The notes under the pieces: model-generated
Seen by the model: only the letters and a program-made list of their open reading frames with translations
Told to the model about the DNA's origin: nothing
Database searches by the model: none
Made by a program: the position numbers and the translations under genes
DNA from: Octopus bimaculoides
Taxonomy: Eukaryota
Direction: 5' to 3'
DNA length: 55,657 nt
Assembly (NCBI RefSeq): GCF_001194135.2
Contig: NC_068981.1
Span: forward strand, 66,245,951 to 66,301,607
Shown: in pieces, positions 12,991 to 25,860 of the stretch
Layout: every line of letters starts with the position of its first letter
Numbering within the stretch: the first letter of the stretch is position 1

Positions 12991-15852
12991 ATATATCAGT
13001 TGGATGAAGTTAAAACAGGGTCTGGTTTTCACGTTTTATTTTATGGTATTTTAACATTAAAAAAATATTTTCTAATGCTCATAACGTTAAATTAGCGCTT
13101 TTATGCATAGCGTAATCATCAAATTTCAAATGTGTTTAACTGACAATTGACTTCTTGACAATTTTAATACCTCCTAGAACGCTCCAACAAGCTGAATTTT
13201 TAGAATACCTTTTGAAATATAGACAGTGACGAACTTCGATAATTGATGAAAGGATTAAAATTCACACCTACACCTACAGTAAACCATCAGAAATGGGAAG
13301 ATTTCCAAAACTTTTGTCAGAAACTACGAATTGTGGATTTTTTTACTGATAAAAATAATGGGAATGACGAATCCTTGGAGAAATATATATCAAAATTTAA
13401 CCCGTTAAAAGGACGAAATACACATCTAGATCAGTTCATTAACATCCTCTCCAGATTTCCATAATACCAATGTCAGACCGAACATTTTAAAACTAGAAAA
13501 GTCTGCCCTTATACGTCTTCAAAATGATAGCACAATTGTCATCAAACAAGCGGACAAAGGGGGTTCCATTATTATAATGGATACGGAATATTGCCGTGAT
13601 CTAGCGGAAGATATTTAAAAGATACTACGTTCTACCATGAAATACCCTCGAATATTGACCATCGCATCATGAAGAAACTCAACTATTTAGTCTCAAAACA
13701 TTATAACTCGCTCACTTCTAGTGAAAGGGAAAATATTACCAATTTTGAATCGAAATCCAGCAACTTCTACGGCTTACCCAAAATACACAAGTCAAAAGAA
13801 ATACAGAACGCTATAAAGGAACAAAGTTGTGAATACGTAAAACTATTACAACAACCAAAAGACCTTAAACTAAGACCCATTATAACTCGTCTAGCCTGTC
13901 CTACACATCGTCAGAGCAACCTCCTTGACATTATCCTAAAACCACTATGTAGTCACATACCCAGTTTCATTCGAGATGACATTGATTTCCTGTCACATCT
14001 GCTCAAAACAACAGAATTCCATTCACTGTTAGTTTTGATGTAACAAACTTATATACAAACATTCCACATGATTTGGGAATTACTGCCATAAAATATTGGG
14101 TCGAGAAACATAGGGAATCGATCCCCAGTAGATTTACTGTAACCTTCATACTAGACGTGGTTAGCCTTATCCTCGAAAACAATACGTTCCTTTTCAACGG
14201 AAAAAAAACTACCTCCAAATTAGAGGCACAGCTATGGAGACGCGATTTGCTCCAGTTTTCGCGAACTCCGTATTGCGATACTTGGAACAAGACCTATATA
14301 AAAAAATGGAACAAAACCTATATTAAAAAAATGAGAACTACGGCCTGACATTTAAAAGACATATAGAGGACACATGGAAAAGATACCGCTATGATTGTTT
14401 CCTAATTTGGACCAATTCCCTAGAAAATCTGGAAGAATTCAGCACCCTCCTCAATAATCTACACCCTAATCCCAAATTCACAAGACAAATGAGCAACACA
14501 CACTTACCATTTCTTGATATAACTGATATTTATAACAAAAGCACAGATATACACCAGTACCTAAATCTGAAATCATGTAACCCGACACGACACACAAAAC
14601 GCAACATCCCGTATTGTCTAGCGAGGAAAACTTGTACTCTAGTCGATGATCCAAATACCAGAAACACACGACTTATGAAACTTAAAGGATTTCTGCTCAA
14701 ACAAAATTACTCTCTCCCTTTTATAGAAAATAGCATACAACGAGTAAAAAAATACCTATAGAAAAACTTAGAGCAACACGAAAAAGACAAAGGAACACAA
14801 TACCATTTCTAGTAACACACAATACGCATCACCAAAACTTTTTTAACATCATCAAAACAAATTTGCCAATCATAAAACAAAGGGAAAATTTTTAAAAAAA
14901 TAATAATTAATCAAGCACTTATTTTAAGCAAAAGTCAACCACATAACCTAAAGAAAGTATTAATAAAGGCAAAATTCAACATGAACAAACGGGATAACAC
15001 ATTCACAGTATCCAAGTGTAATGATAGCAGATGTGGAACGTGTCAATACATACATATGGGTAGATCCATTAGAACAAAAAATGGACAGATTTTCGCAAAT
15101 TCTGTTTTTCGGCTTTCATTTTAATATCTTGCGTAGATTCGTGTAAGCTTCTTTAGTTATTTGAAGTAGACATGCAAACAATTTCTCTTATCTTGTTTTT
15201 CTGCAAAATCAGAAATTTGATCTACTGCATTAAATGCCCGAATTATTAGCAATTATATGTAGGCGAGACAGGGAATGCATTATCGGAACACTCACCAGAC
15301 CACAGACAACAAATCCGGAGACGACAGACAACAAATCCGAAATACCAATGTTCGTCAAATTCCATTGAGCGAACATTTAGAGACATGTGATCAAAAAATG
15401 TTTCTAATTTTTCCTTTCCACAAACTACATGACACAGATAAATTTGGAAAAAAGATAAAAACATTTATTAAAATGTTCAAACTCGTTCTGAACGGAAATA
15501 ACAGCAATAATATAACAACCAGTTAATGATGTGGATTAAAAAATATCCCAAGCATATAAATATAAATAAGTTACAGAATATCGGTACACCTGACAAACTG
15601 TGGTGCTTAATATGCATGCAGGTTGATCAAAAAGATATTCTAAAAATTCAGCTAGTTGGAGAGTTCTAAGAGGTACTAAAGTTGTCAAGAGCTCAACTGT
15701 CAGTTAAACACATTTGAAACTTGATGATTACACTGTATATGAAGGCGCTAATTTAACTTCATGAGCAATACAAAATATTTTTTTTATGTTAAAATAGCAT
15801 AATAAAAAACGTTAAAACCAGATCATGTTTTAACTTTATTCAACTGATATAT
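12991..15852 (+). mobile_element. Penelope-like retroelement (RT + GIY-YIG), decayed, bounded by ~225-bp inverted repeats
   Basis: PLE RT motifs KGLKFTPTP, IVIKQADKGG, FYGLPKIHK, LRPII, FDVTNLYTNIPH, HLPFLDI. GIY-YIG region NLIYCIKCP..YVGETG. Many frameshifts and stops. 12991-13215 is the imperfect reverse complement of 15628-15852. Confidence 0.92.
15102..15202 (+). repeat. ~100-bp segment duplicated at 16606-16706
   Basis: 93-bp core (15110-15202 vs 16614-16706) differs at one base; the extension to 101 bp adds 2 mismatches. Confidence 0.95.
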
Positions 15853-15916
15853 TATTTTATACACGTTCACAAAAATTCAAAACAATATATATATGTGCGT
15901 GTGTGTGTGTGTGTCT

Positions 15917-15978
<62 letters not shown>

Positions 15979-16796
15979 NNNNNNNNNNNNNNNNNNNNNN
16001 NNNNNNNNNNNNNNNNNNNNNNNNNNNNNNNNNNNNNNNNNNNNNNNNNNNNNNNNNNNNNNNNNNNNNNNNNNNNNNNNNNNNNNNNNNNNNNNNNNNN
16101 NNNNNNNNNNNNNNNNNNNNNNNNNNNNNNNNNNNNNNNNNNNNNNNNNNNNNNNNNNNNNNNNNNNNNNNNNNNNNNNNNNNNNNNNNNNNNNNNNNNN
16201 NNNNNNNNNNNNNNNNNNNNNNNNNNNNNNNNNNNNNNNNNNNNNNNNNNNNNNNNNNNNNNNNNNNNNNNNNNNNNNNNNNNNNNNNNNNNNNNNNNNN
16301 NNNNNNNNNNNNNNNNNNNNNNNNNNNNNNNNNNNNNNNNNNNNNNNNATATATATATATATACATCTGTTTTTACCGGTGGAAAACGGGTTCCAAGCTG
16401 TGGTCCTGAATATCAGACCAGTGATGTAGCTATTTGATAAAATAGGATCGATAAAATAAGTTCCAGAATAAATACAAGAGAATTAAAAGTGGAGGAACCT
16501 GAAAGGAAGAGCGAAGGCGATATGATACCCATTGTTTTATATCAGTTGCATTTTGGCATTACATTATGTCATTCAATCACAGCAAGCGGTATTGTATATT
16601 ACAGGCTGTTCTACGGCTTTCATTTTAATGTCTTGCGTAGATTCGTGTAAGCTTCTTTAGTTATTTGAAGTAGACATGCAAACAATTTCTCTTATCTTGT
16701 TTTTCTTCATTTCGGCAACTTTCCTGCCATTCACTATTGTATACATATGGATGCGAAGATACATACTCATGTACATAGGTACACATACATTCATAA

Positions 16797-16834
<38 letters not shown>

Positions 16835-16859
16835 CTATCTATCTATCTCTCTATCTATC

Positions 16860-16891
<32 letters not shown>

Positions 16892-16935
16892 TACACATTC
16901 ATGCATACATGTATGCATGCATATACACTAACGCA

Positions 16936-16966
<31 letters not shown>

Positions 16967-17109
16967 GCATTTATATATACATTCGTCCATACCTATATAT
17001 GCATACACATACACCTACTTACACATACATGCGTATACATGCATTATCACATACTCATGCGTACGTACACACCAACTCATACATTCACTGAAGTTAGAAA
17101 ATATCTACA

Positions 17110-17790
17110 ACACTGAAAACAAGCGTAGCCTCACTTGGACTTGTGAAATCTATATCATATCCCACGAAGAAAAATATGCTTTCACTACTCATGAATAAGA
17201 GGTAGCTATTAAAATGTGATCAACAAAAGAGATAAAAATACATCAAAAGTGCCATTTTATGATAGAAAATGCTGATTGTGCAGCATCAGTGTGGAAGATA
17301 TTACCAAAAAGAGTAGCCTCTCTTGCACCTGTGATAGATAAACAACATCCCGCCTAGAAGGATATATCTTCACCCATCAAAGAATAGATTAATGCTACAT
17401 ACTTTATCAATGAAAGATAAGGATAACCCCAGAAGTATCTCGTTGCAATAGAAAATGTCGATTGCGCATTAACAGCGTAGAAAATATCACTCACATTTCA
17501 GTAATTGCCCCAAAATGTGCTCAATTGATGCCAAGACAATTTACAATGTTATATGCAAGAAGGATTGTCCTGATGATCGTACAAAAGCAGACAAGTAGCA
17601 GAATATACATAACTTTCAAAATAATGAAAATTGGTAAACGTTACAATAAAAGAAGTACTATTCAAGCACAACGGACATGTTTTGTTGGTCAAGGAATAAA
17701 AGCCATGGTCTGCTGTAGCGGTCAGCAGCCCACTCGTTGTAAATATCTCGTCAAAAATCGTGGTAAAGAAGAATATACATGCTGAATAAA
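17110..17790 (+). mobile_element. R4/Dong-clade LINE C-terminal fragment (CCHC knuckle + RLE), highly decayed, with internal ~190-bp duplication
   Basis: Across frames: SHEEKYAFTTHE, RKC*LCSISVEDIT, SRLEGYIFTHQ, RKCRLRINSVENITHI, NCPKM..AKTIYNVICKKDCPD, KHN. Confidence 0.65.
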
Positions 17791-18129
17791 TTTAGAACTT
17801 ACAGCTCTGGTGTCCTGGCTATAAATTCTTATTTATACTCGTATTATATTTCGTATCCCAGCATATAAATGAGCTGGGATACGGAACAGATTTGTATAAA
17901 AGCCTAAAAATGTTTGAGTTTTCCAAGAATATGCAAACTGACTTGTATCCTCGATATGCAATCAATTAATAGTACGGTGAAAAATTTGTAAAGCGAGTTT
18001 CCTGGAATGAGTATGATCGACGATGAGGATTCAGTGATTAAATCAACTGAATTACTTGCTGCTGAATTAATTTATAAATGGCTGAGCATTCTACAGCCTT
18101 AACGTAATTTTCAGGTAGAATCTGCGTGA

Positions 18130-18173
<44 letters not shown>

Positions 18174-18179
18174 CAAGGC

Positions 18180-18362
18180 TGAGTTACAAGGAGAATCCAC
18201 TCAAAGGGGTTCTTTAGAGTTTCCGTCTATCAAGCTCATTCACAAAGTACGGGTCGACCCGAAACAATAGAAAATGATATTTTCTATAATGCAACACAGT
18301 GAGATTGAACCCAGGAACTCGTAGTTGTGAAGCGAACTTAACCATTCAGCCATACTGCGCCT
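18180..18362 (-). mobile_element. Decayed family B SINE
   Basis: Minus strand AGGCGCAGTATGGCTGAATGGTTAAG..TGGGTTCAATCTCACTG with the GACGGAAACT body motif. Confidence 0.6.
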
Positions 18363-18418
18363 ATTGAAATAAAGAATACACACAATAACAAATGTGCATA
18401 TTGCCTACACTTACACGA

Positions 18419-18456
<38 letters not shown>

Positions 18457-18479
18457 GTGAGTGATTGTATGCGTCCGCC

Positions 18480-18660
18480 AACGCTTGACAACCGGTTTTA
18501 CTATGCTTGCGGCACTGTAACCTAGCGCTTCGGAAAAAGAGAACCAATACCAAACTTTAAAAAAAAAATGTATTGAGGTCTGTTTGCTCGACTAAACTCA
18601 TCAAGGCGATGCTTGAACATGGCTGCAGTCTAATGACTGAAACAAATAAAAAAAAAATTA
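18480..18660 (+). mobile_element. 3' body of family B SINE
   Basis: CTTGACAACCGG..AAGGCGATGCTTGAACATGGCTGCAGTCTAATGACTGAAACAA corresponds to the reverse complement of 831-1000. Confidence 0.6.
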
Positions 18661-18889
18661 AAAAAAGAAAGATATACATGCACTCAAATACATATATACT
18701 TACAAATACGCGTATACATATATACATACGTTATATATCTTCAATATTATTTTAAAAAATACATGTTTATTATGAACTGGTTATGCATGCGCAATGATAT
18801 ACAATAAACTCTTATACTGTTCCCGGCTGGTGGAATGCAGCGTTCATAAACGGACTACAGTTTTATGCGAATGCGCAAAAAAAAGTATA

Positions 18890-19105
18890 GCTGGCAGAAT
18901 CGTTAGCACACCGGGCAAAGTGTTTAGCAACATTTCGTCCCTCTGCACGTTCTGAGTTCAAATTCCGCCCAAGTCGACTTTGCCTTTCATCATTTCGCGG
19001 GATCAATAAAATGAGTGCCATTTGAGTACTGGAATCGATGTAATCGACTTAGCCCTTTCCTCGAAATTCCTGGCCTTGTGCCAAAATTTGAATCCAATAT
19101 TTCAT
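18890..19105 (+). mobile_element. Family A SINE
   Basis: GCTGGCAGAATCGTTAGCACACCGGG (A-box-like) .. GAGTTCAAATTCC (B-box-like) .. GCCAAAATTTGAATCCAATATT. Confidence 0.9.
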
Positions 19106-19419
19106 TACTTCACGAACGGTAAATATACTTTTAGTATTTTGTTTTCAACGTAAGGAATACTAAGATTACATTGTTGTAAAATATCTACACATCGTCTCGC
19201 TTCACTTTCATTTTGCATATAACAATATTTGTTTATATAACTGCATGTTTATATATAGACAAAGAATATGCTCTTGTCGTTTGGTTTACACCAAAAGGGT
19301 GATAGTAATTTGAATGAGATGGGCTTACTATTTCACTGCACATAAATGTAAATAGGATAAGGGTATTTACGATGATATTGTCTTTGTTAATGAATACTAA
19401 CTCTATTAAAACCGTATCG

Positions 19420-19476
<57 letters not shown>

Positions 19477-19479
19477 AAG

Positions 19480-19778
19480 ACATGCTGGAGCCACGCGACA
19501 TCATTGGAGTTATATGCAACAATGGAAGAGGGTGGACATCAAGGAGTGGGGGCATGATCCGGGCAGATGTGTGGAACCAGGAGGAAGAAAGAAGGTCAAG
19601 AGCTGGTATCTCAAGGTGCCTGGACTAAATAAAACAATCCTAAGAGGAAAGTCAGATGGGGTTTGAGGGAAGACTAGCAATGTAGACTTTGTGGAGAAAG
19701 GGACACGCTAGCACACATCTTGTCAGAGTGCAGAATAGCACTTTCTCAGGGGAGATACAAGTGGCATCGTGACAGGGT
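19480..19778 (+). mobile_element. Hero-clade (RLE) LINE fragment A
   Basis: DMLEPRDIIGVIC..EEERRSRA..GAWTK, then RWGLRED*QCRLCGEKGTLAHILSECRIALSQGRYKWHRDR (CCHC knuckle). Confidence 0.8.
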
Positions 19779-20292
19779 CACGAATTAAGGGTATGACTGA
19801 TCTCGATTACTGGGACCACCTTAAAGCATTGAAGCTCTACTCTCTCCAGCGCTGCCGCGATCGATACATCATTTACATTTGTAGAGGATATACCTCCAGC
19901 ATTGCCCAAACGACTTCAACATTAGCTTCAAAATTCATCCAAGGCTAGGACCACGGTCATACGTCCCCTACCCAATTCAGGATCACAACGCATAAATACA
20001 CTGCAACACAATTTCTTTTCCTCAACAAGCCCTGCCCTATTTAACTTTGTCCCAAAACTAATCACAAAGGAAAAGGATCTCATCACCTTTAAACGGAGTC
20101 TGGACAAATTTCTTGGAGAAATACCAGATAAATCATCTTTACCCGGATACAACTCACTCAATAAGAACTCCCTACTCGAATAGACCATGATACCACAAAA
20201 CTTGACTTAAAAAGGATTTAGATAATCCTATCAGGTGGTGCTTTTAAGTTAGACATGGCCTGGATCAATCTTTGGTCGAAACATATCTAAGT
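19779..20292 (+). mobile_element. CR1/L2-group LINE 3' end (ORF2 C-terminus + 3' UTR)
   Basis: RIKGMTDLDYWDHLKALKLYSLQRCRDRYII..SPALFNFVPKLITKEKDLITFKRSLDKFLGEIPDKSSLPGYNSLNKNSLLE*, then a 3' UTR ending GGTCGAAACATATCTAAG. Confidence 0.8.
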
Positions 20293-20296
20293 TTTA

Positions 20297-21085
20297 TTGA
20301 CCTGTGGATACTGGAACCTTTCCGCATCTCATTCCTGCTGCGGGCGGTGTATAACGCATTCCCAAAACCAACAAACCTGCACAGATGGGGTTTGAGGAAA
20401 GACCAGCAGTGTAGACTTTGTGGAGAAAGGGGCACACTGGCACACATCTTGTCAGGTTGCAGAATAGCTCTTTCTCGGGAGAGATACAAGTGGCACCATG
20501 ATAGGGTGCTTGCAACACTCGCTCATGTCCTGTAGCAGGAAAGGTCTAAGAAACGTCATCAGCAATTCAGTTCGTCAAATAGGGAGAGAGGCCATTAAGG
20601 ACAGCAAAACTGACATAGCTTACTACATGGATTCCAATCACTGGATATGAAAGTGGACCTGAGGGAGCGACTGCAGTCTCTCCAGGTCGTCCGTACAACC
20701 CTGAGGCCAGATGTGATCTTGTGGTCTGAAAGGACAAAGAAAATTATCTTGATTGAACTTACAGTCCTGTGGGAAGCGGGTGTGAGCAGGCTCACGAATT
20801 GAAGCGTGCCAAGTACAAAGCCTTCTGCAGGGTTGCAGGGTGAAGGAATGGCAATTATGGCTTTCCACAGTCGAGGTTGGCTCTAGAGGATGCTTATAGC
20901 CATTGCAATAAAAAGAAAGGAGCGAAAGGTGGCTGTGCACAGGATGGGAGAGGCAGCTGAAAGAGCCTCTTGTTGGTTATGGAACATGAGAGAGGATTAA
21001 ACTGGAAACCAGGGGAAGATGAGGAGCAGTGATTTGACTACCTCTGCTGAACCACCAACGGGACGGTGTTACGGTTCAGGGTCAA
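20297..21085 (+). mobile_element. Hero-clade LINE fragment B: CCHC + restriction-like endonuclease + 3' UTR
   Basis: DLWILEPFRISFLLRAVY..CRLCGERGTLAHILSGC..RYKWHHDRVL; TTLRPDVILWS..IILIELTVLWE..HELKRAKY..VEVGSRG..RAAERASCWLW (PD-E-K catalytic residues). Confidence 0.9.
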
Positions 21086-23008
21086 AAAGAAGGTTATATT
21101 TGGATTCAGGAGACCGATTTTGTATAGGAATGATGTCTATTTCCTAAACACCAAAAACCTTGTAGACCAGTGTAATTAACAAGTGTTCAAGGCTTCATAT
21201 AATCTTAGCTCATGATAGAATTGTTCATGCTGTAGCTATGTTTAGTTAAAAGAATCAACATCATGCATAATTGGACTTGTTAAGATCGAAAGAATGAATG
21301 AATTAATGAATTTACGAAGTTATTCTAATTACTGTTGATCTTATGTCGGAATAACTGGACAGTTTCCAATTATCAATAGAATTCCCAAAGAAAGGTGAAT
21401 TGTCATTTCATTCGCCCGCGTAGAATCGATAATTAATCTTAGCGTATCTGAAATACCAAAACGGTTACTGAAATTCTTATGGCTTCTGGTGGACATCGTC
21501 GACATTTGACGTCATTTAAATATTTCAAGCTCATTACCTCATCTGCAAAAATTGAAGATATGAAATATTAATTAGAGTAACAAATATGCTGTAAATTGAT
21601 TACTTTTTACAAGTGGGTCCCTTGTCTGTACTGTAGAGATTATTTTGTAGAGCTGAAATTGCTGAATTGATGAGGACTGGAACTTCCAGTTTGCATAATA
21701 TTTGATATAAATCTGTCAAGTTTCTGGGTGGAACGTTTAACTCTAGGTACGTATGTGCATGCATATATATACTTATATATATATATATATATATNNNNNN
21801 NNNNNNNNNNNNNNNNNNNNNNNNNNNNNNNNNNNNNNNNNNNNNNNNNNNNNNNNNNNNNNNNNNNNNNNNNNNNNNNNNNNNNNNNNNNNNNNNNTAT
21901 AACGGTAGAAAATGTGGAGACTGGCACATCCTCAAAATTTATTTCCTTTTATTTTACAGTTCGCTTCGAGACAAGCTCATATGCAACTAGTCCTACTCTG
22001 TGCAGCGAAAATACCTGTAGATCGTTGTAACCATAAAAATATGCTGTATGACATTGTAAATTGAAAGGAAATAAATTTTGAGTATGTACCAGTCTCCATA
22101 TTCTATATAGTTATAACTATTGAAAATATACACTCCAGGTAATATTACCATCCAGTGAAGCGAACACAGAATTACCCATCGGAGGAATTTACAGCGTGAG
22201 TGACAACTCCTAGTAGTCACATACGTTAAATATTAATCGATGCGGTTAACCGTAACCTGGAACATAGTTGAGAGCTACCACGGTATCAGTCCGGATAGTA
22301 TATCCCTCTAAACTCACATGTATGATGTGTGTGTTTGAATGTATATATGTATGTATGTATCTATGTATGTATGTACGTATGTACTATGTACGTATGTATT
22401 TTGATGCGAGGGTGCTGTATTAGATTTCCTGGGGACTTTCTTTGGTTTCATATTAACTAGAGAAGCAACATAACTTGTGTATCACTCTCTAAACACACAA
22501 AAATAAAATTTTATAATAATCTCGATGGGTTATCTGTAAAATCACAAGACGTTACCTTCGAGTTTATGGTTCATTTCACTTAAATGTGTTAAGGAAACTT
22601 ATAATAAACATCGGAGAGCAAGAGGTAAGTCTATTATTTTTGAGAAATTAATATCTCACTTGATGCTACATCAATGTTTTTGGAAAAGTCTTTAACATAA
22701 CATTTTCATTACTTCATAATTCCTCTAAAATATAAAATCTTGACTCAGTCAATCAGGAAATGTATTAAAGAGGTTCTGATATTTTAATTTTGTTTAGAAT
22801 TTTTTTGCCTCAAAAACTAAAACTATTCAATATCCAGATATCGAGTTTTATACATTCATATGTTTATTTTAATCATCCTATCACTCAATGTTAAATTATC
22901 ATTGTAATTTGATGAGTTTACCTATAATTAACAAATGTTTTGAGGTTTCTTAGAATTTGGATGTATTCCATTCTATATCATGTCATACTTTACTATATAC
23001 TAAACAGT

Positions 23009-23390
23009 TGTTGGCACTCCGTCGCTTACGACGTCGAGGGTTCCAGTTGATCCGATCAACGGAACAGCCTGCTCGTGAAATTAACGTGCAAGTGGCTGAG
23101 CACTCCACAGACACGTGTACCCTTAACGTAGTTCTTGGGGATATTCAGCGTGACACAGTATGACGAGGCTGACCCTTTGAATTACAGGTACAACAGAAAC
23201 AGGAAGTAAGAGTGAGAGAAAGTTGTGGTGAGAGAATACAGCAGGGTTCGCCACCATCCCCTGCCGGAGCCTCGTGGAGCTTTAGGTGTTTTCGCTCAAT
23301 AAACACTCACAACGCCCGGTCTTGGAATCGAAACCGCGATCCTATGACCGCGAGTCCGCTGCCCTAACCACTGGGCCATTGCGCCTCCAC
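23009..23390 (-). mobile_element. Full-length tRNA-derived SINE family C with 10-bp TSD
   Basis: Minus head GGCGCAATGGCCCAGTGGTTAGGGCAGCGGACTCGCGGTCATAGGATCGCGGTTTCGATTCC has A and B boxes. ACTAAACAGT occurs at 22999-23008 and 23394-23403. Confidence 0.92.
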
Positions 23391-23618
23391 TAAACTAAAC
23401 AGTATTACGCTTCCATCCTACATACCTTCAATGTGATATGACTGACAAAGTAAGCAGAAATTTTTGTAAGGAATAAAAACGCGGAGTTATTTCTGTTAAT
23501 AAAAATGGAATATAAGTTTCCAGACAGATCTGCGAACAATGGCGCAAAAGTAAGAGAGAGAACTGTTAGAGTCTCCCGATAGAACTGTTAGAAACGACCA
23601 ATAGGTTTTTCTTTACTG

Positions 23619-23768
<150 letters not shown>

Positions 23769-24954
23769 TCAACCAGCGCAAAGTTTATTTGGAGTCGGGC
23801 CATGTAACAACCAGTGAATTTTGTCAAGTTATTTCTCAAGGTAGATATTGGTAGTAAATTAATAAAGACTGGAAAAATGGATTCAATCGATGTGGTACAG
23901 TCCCAGTTAAGTGGATTTTATTATTGAGATGTATTCGACATTCTAATCTAGACTTTGGAATATTGGCTGACAATTGGCACTATAGTTATTGTGTATTCGT
24001 GTCTGTGACTATGTGTTTCTATCTGTGTTACGCAGGTGTAACGGAATTCTTAATAGTTCACTTTGCAATCACATTAGTTTGGCAAACTTGGAACTTTGCA
24101 ATCTTGATTTCGAGAGCCTTACAGCATAGCCTCAGGTTGCTGAAAATCGCGTAAAAGAGTGATTTATACTGAATCTGCCATTAAAGATACAAGTGTCTGT
24201 GAGACAGTGAGTTACAACATAATGTAACACATAGAGGGGGGACACATAACAGCACGTACGTGTGTGTGTGTGTGCGTGTGGGTGTTTGTGTGTGTATGTG
24301 CGTGCCGTCTGGGTAATGCTCATCAGAAACAGTGATTCCAAAACAATGACTATGTGGTTGCGTGACCTTTCTCCATAATTTAAGTAGCAAGAAGCTTTGT
24401 GATGTAATTAGAATATCAGCAGTGGCAGCGTGTTTTCTGGTATGTGACAAAAATTTACGATGTTATTATGTTAGCGTTCGATTACTTTTACAGATATCAA
24501 TAGATTTACGGCTGAGCAAACAGTTCACGGCATGAACAGTCTATTGGCATAACTAGATGTTCTCTGAAATTAGTTCCAATGGTTAAAAGGCCATTGTAAA
24601 ATTGGTAAATACTACAGTAAACCCAAGGAACTAAGGGCTAGTGCTTAAATTCGGTTTAACAGTCGTGAAGTAAATGAGAGAAAAAAATTCACTCTGGATA
24701 GTCACTAGTCTCTAGCAAGTAATATCCCAAGATGGTTTGGTACCTATTCCATACAGCTAAGCTAAATAGAATATTCTATTCTGAAACATAAGAGTGATTG
24801 ATAAGGATTCGAACGTAAGCCCTTTTTAGTGCAGAGTTGAAAATCATTCTTTTATCTATTTTCTACCAATAGATCGATGGGGTGGAGTATACGTGTTGGA
24901 TTAAAACTGTAATCCTTTGCAATGGCCGTAATGGCATTATTTTATCGCTGCAGA

Positions 24955-25019
<65 letters not shown>

Positions 25020-25160
25020 AGGATGGTGGTGGCGATTGCGTGCAGGTTTGCACCTGTGGATCCGGGTAACTGGTGGTTGATAATATGGTAATGAAATCAA
25101 AATGAAGAACTATAAATTCAGAATGTGAACAGGAAAAAAAAAGCCCACGGACACGCATAT

Positions 25161-25221
<61 letters not shown>

Positions 25222-25247
25222 TACAAACAAACATGCGNNNNNNNNNN

Positions 25248-25303
<56 letters not shown>

Positions 25304-25412
25304 TACAAACAAACATGCGTACAAACGTAATTTAGCGATACAAAAAAAATAAACAAAAGCATTTACTCTTGTCATAAGATATAGACAGAGACATGATACT
25401 GCATACGTGTAC

Positions 25413-25457
<45 letters not shown>

Positions 25458-25860
25458 TGTGTGTGTGTATATGTGTGTGCGCGCATATATTATGTATATG
25501 CATGTATACATTTATTGTAGCTGAATATATGCACAAGTATTGTGTGTAGGTGTTACATTTTCAGTGATAGCTAATGGAGCTAGCAATTGCCAAATATGTT
25601 ACGTCAGTGTTTTAAATACATCCCTCAGGGTTAACTTATCTAGACGTGTCTGATATACAATATCTACAATCAACACGTTACCAGCTTCTTACTAAGTAAC
25701 GACTAATCCTCATCAACCACGTATAGACACATTTAAATGTATTAGCTAAATTAGAAACGTGATGCTATTGAAAGTTGGCCGAGAAAGTAGAAAACTACAC
25801 TAGAAGTAACTTTGTAACTATTTCAGTTCAAATTCCCAATGGAATCGATTTTTTCGTTAA

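Noticed and set aside
15525-15560. TAATGATG-TGGAT..ATCC-CAAGC, a possible hammerhead vestige
   Set aside because: Both CTGATGA and GAAA are broken and no stem I is evident.
21506-21515. TGACGTCA CRE-like palindrome
   Set aside because: A single 8-mer is expected by chance in 55 kb and has no supporting promoter context.
24937-25075. Poly-Thr ORF (..SPPPSSTTTT..) after a possible acceptor
   Set aside because: Explained by an (ACT)n microsatellite; no other support.
25205-25319. Direct repeat (CA)n-AATACAAACAAACATGCG on both sides of a 10-N gap
   Set aside because: Typical unmerged contig-end overlap; an assembly artefact rather than a real duplication.
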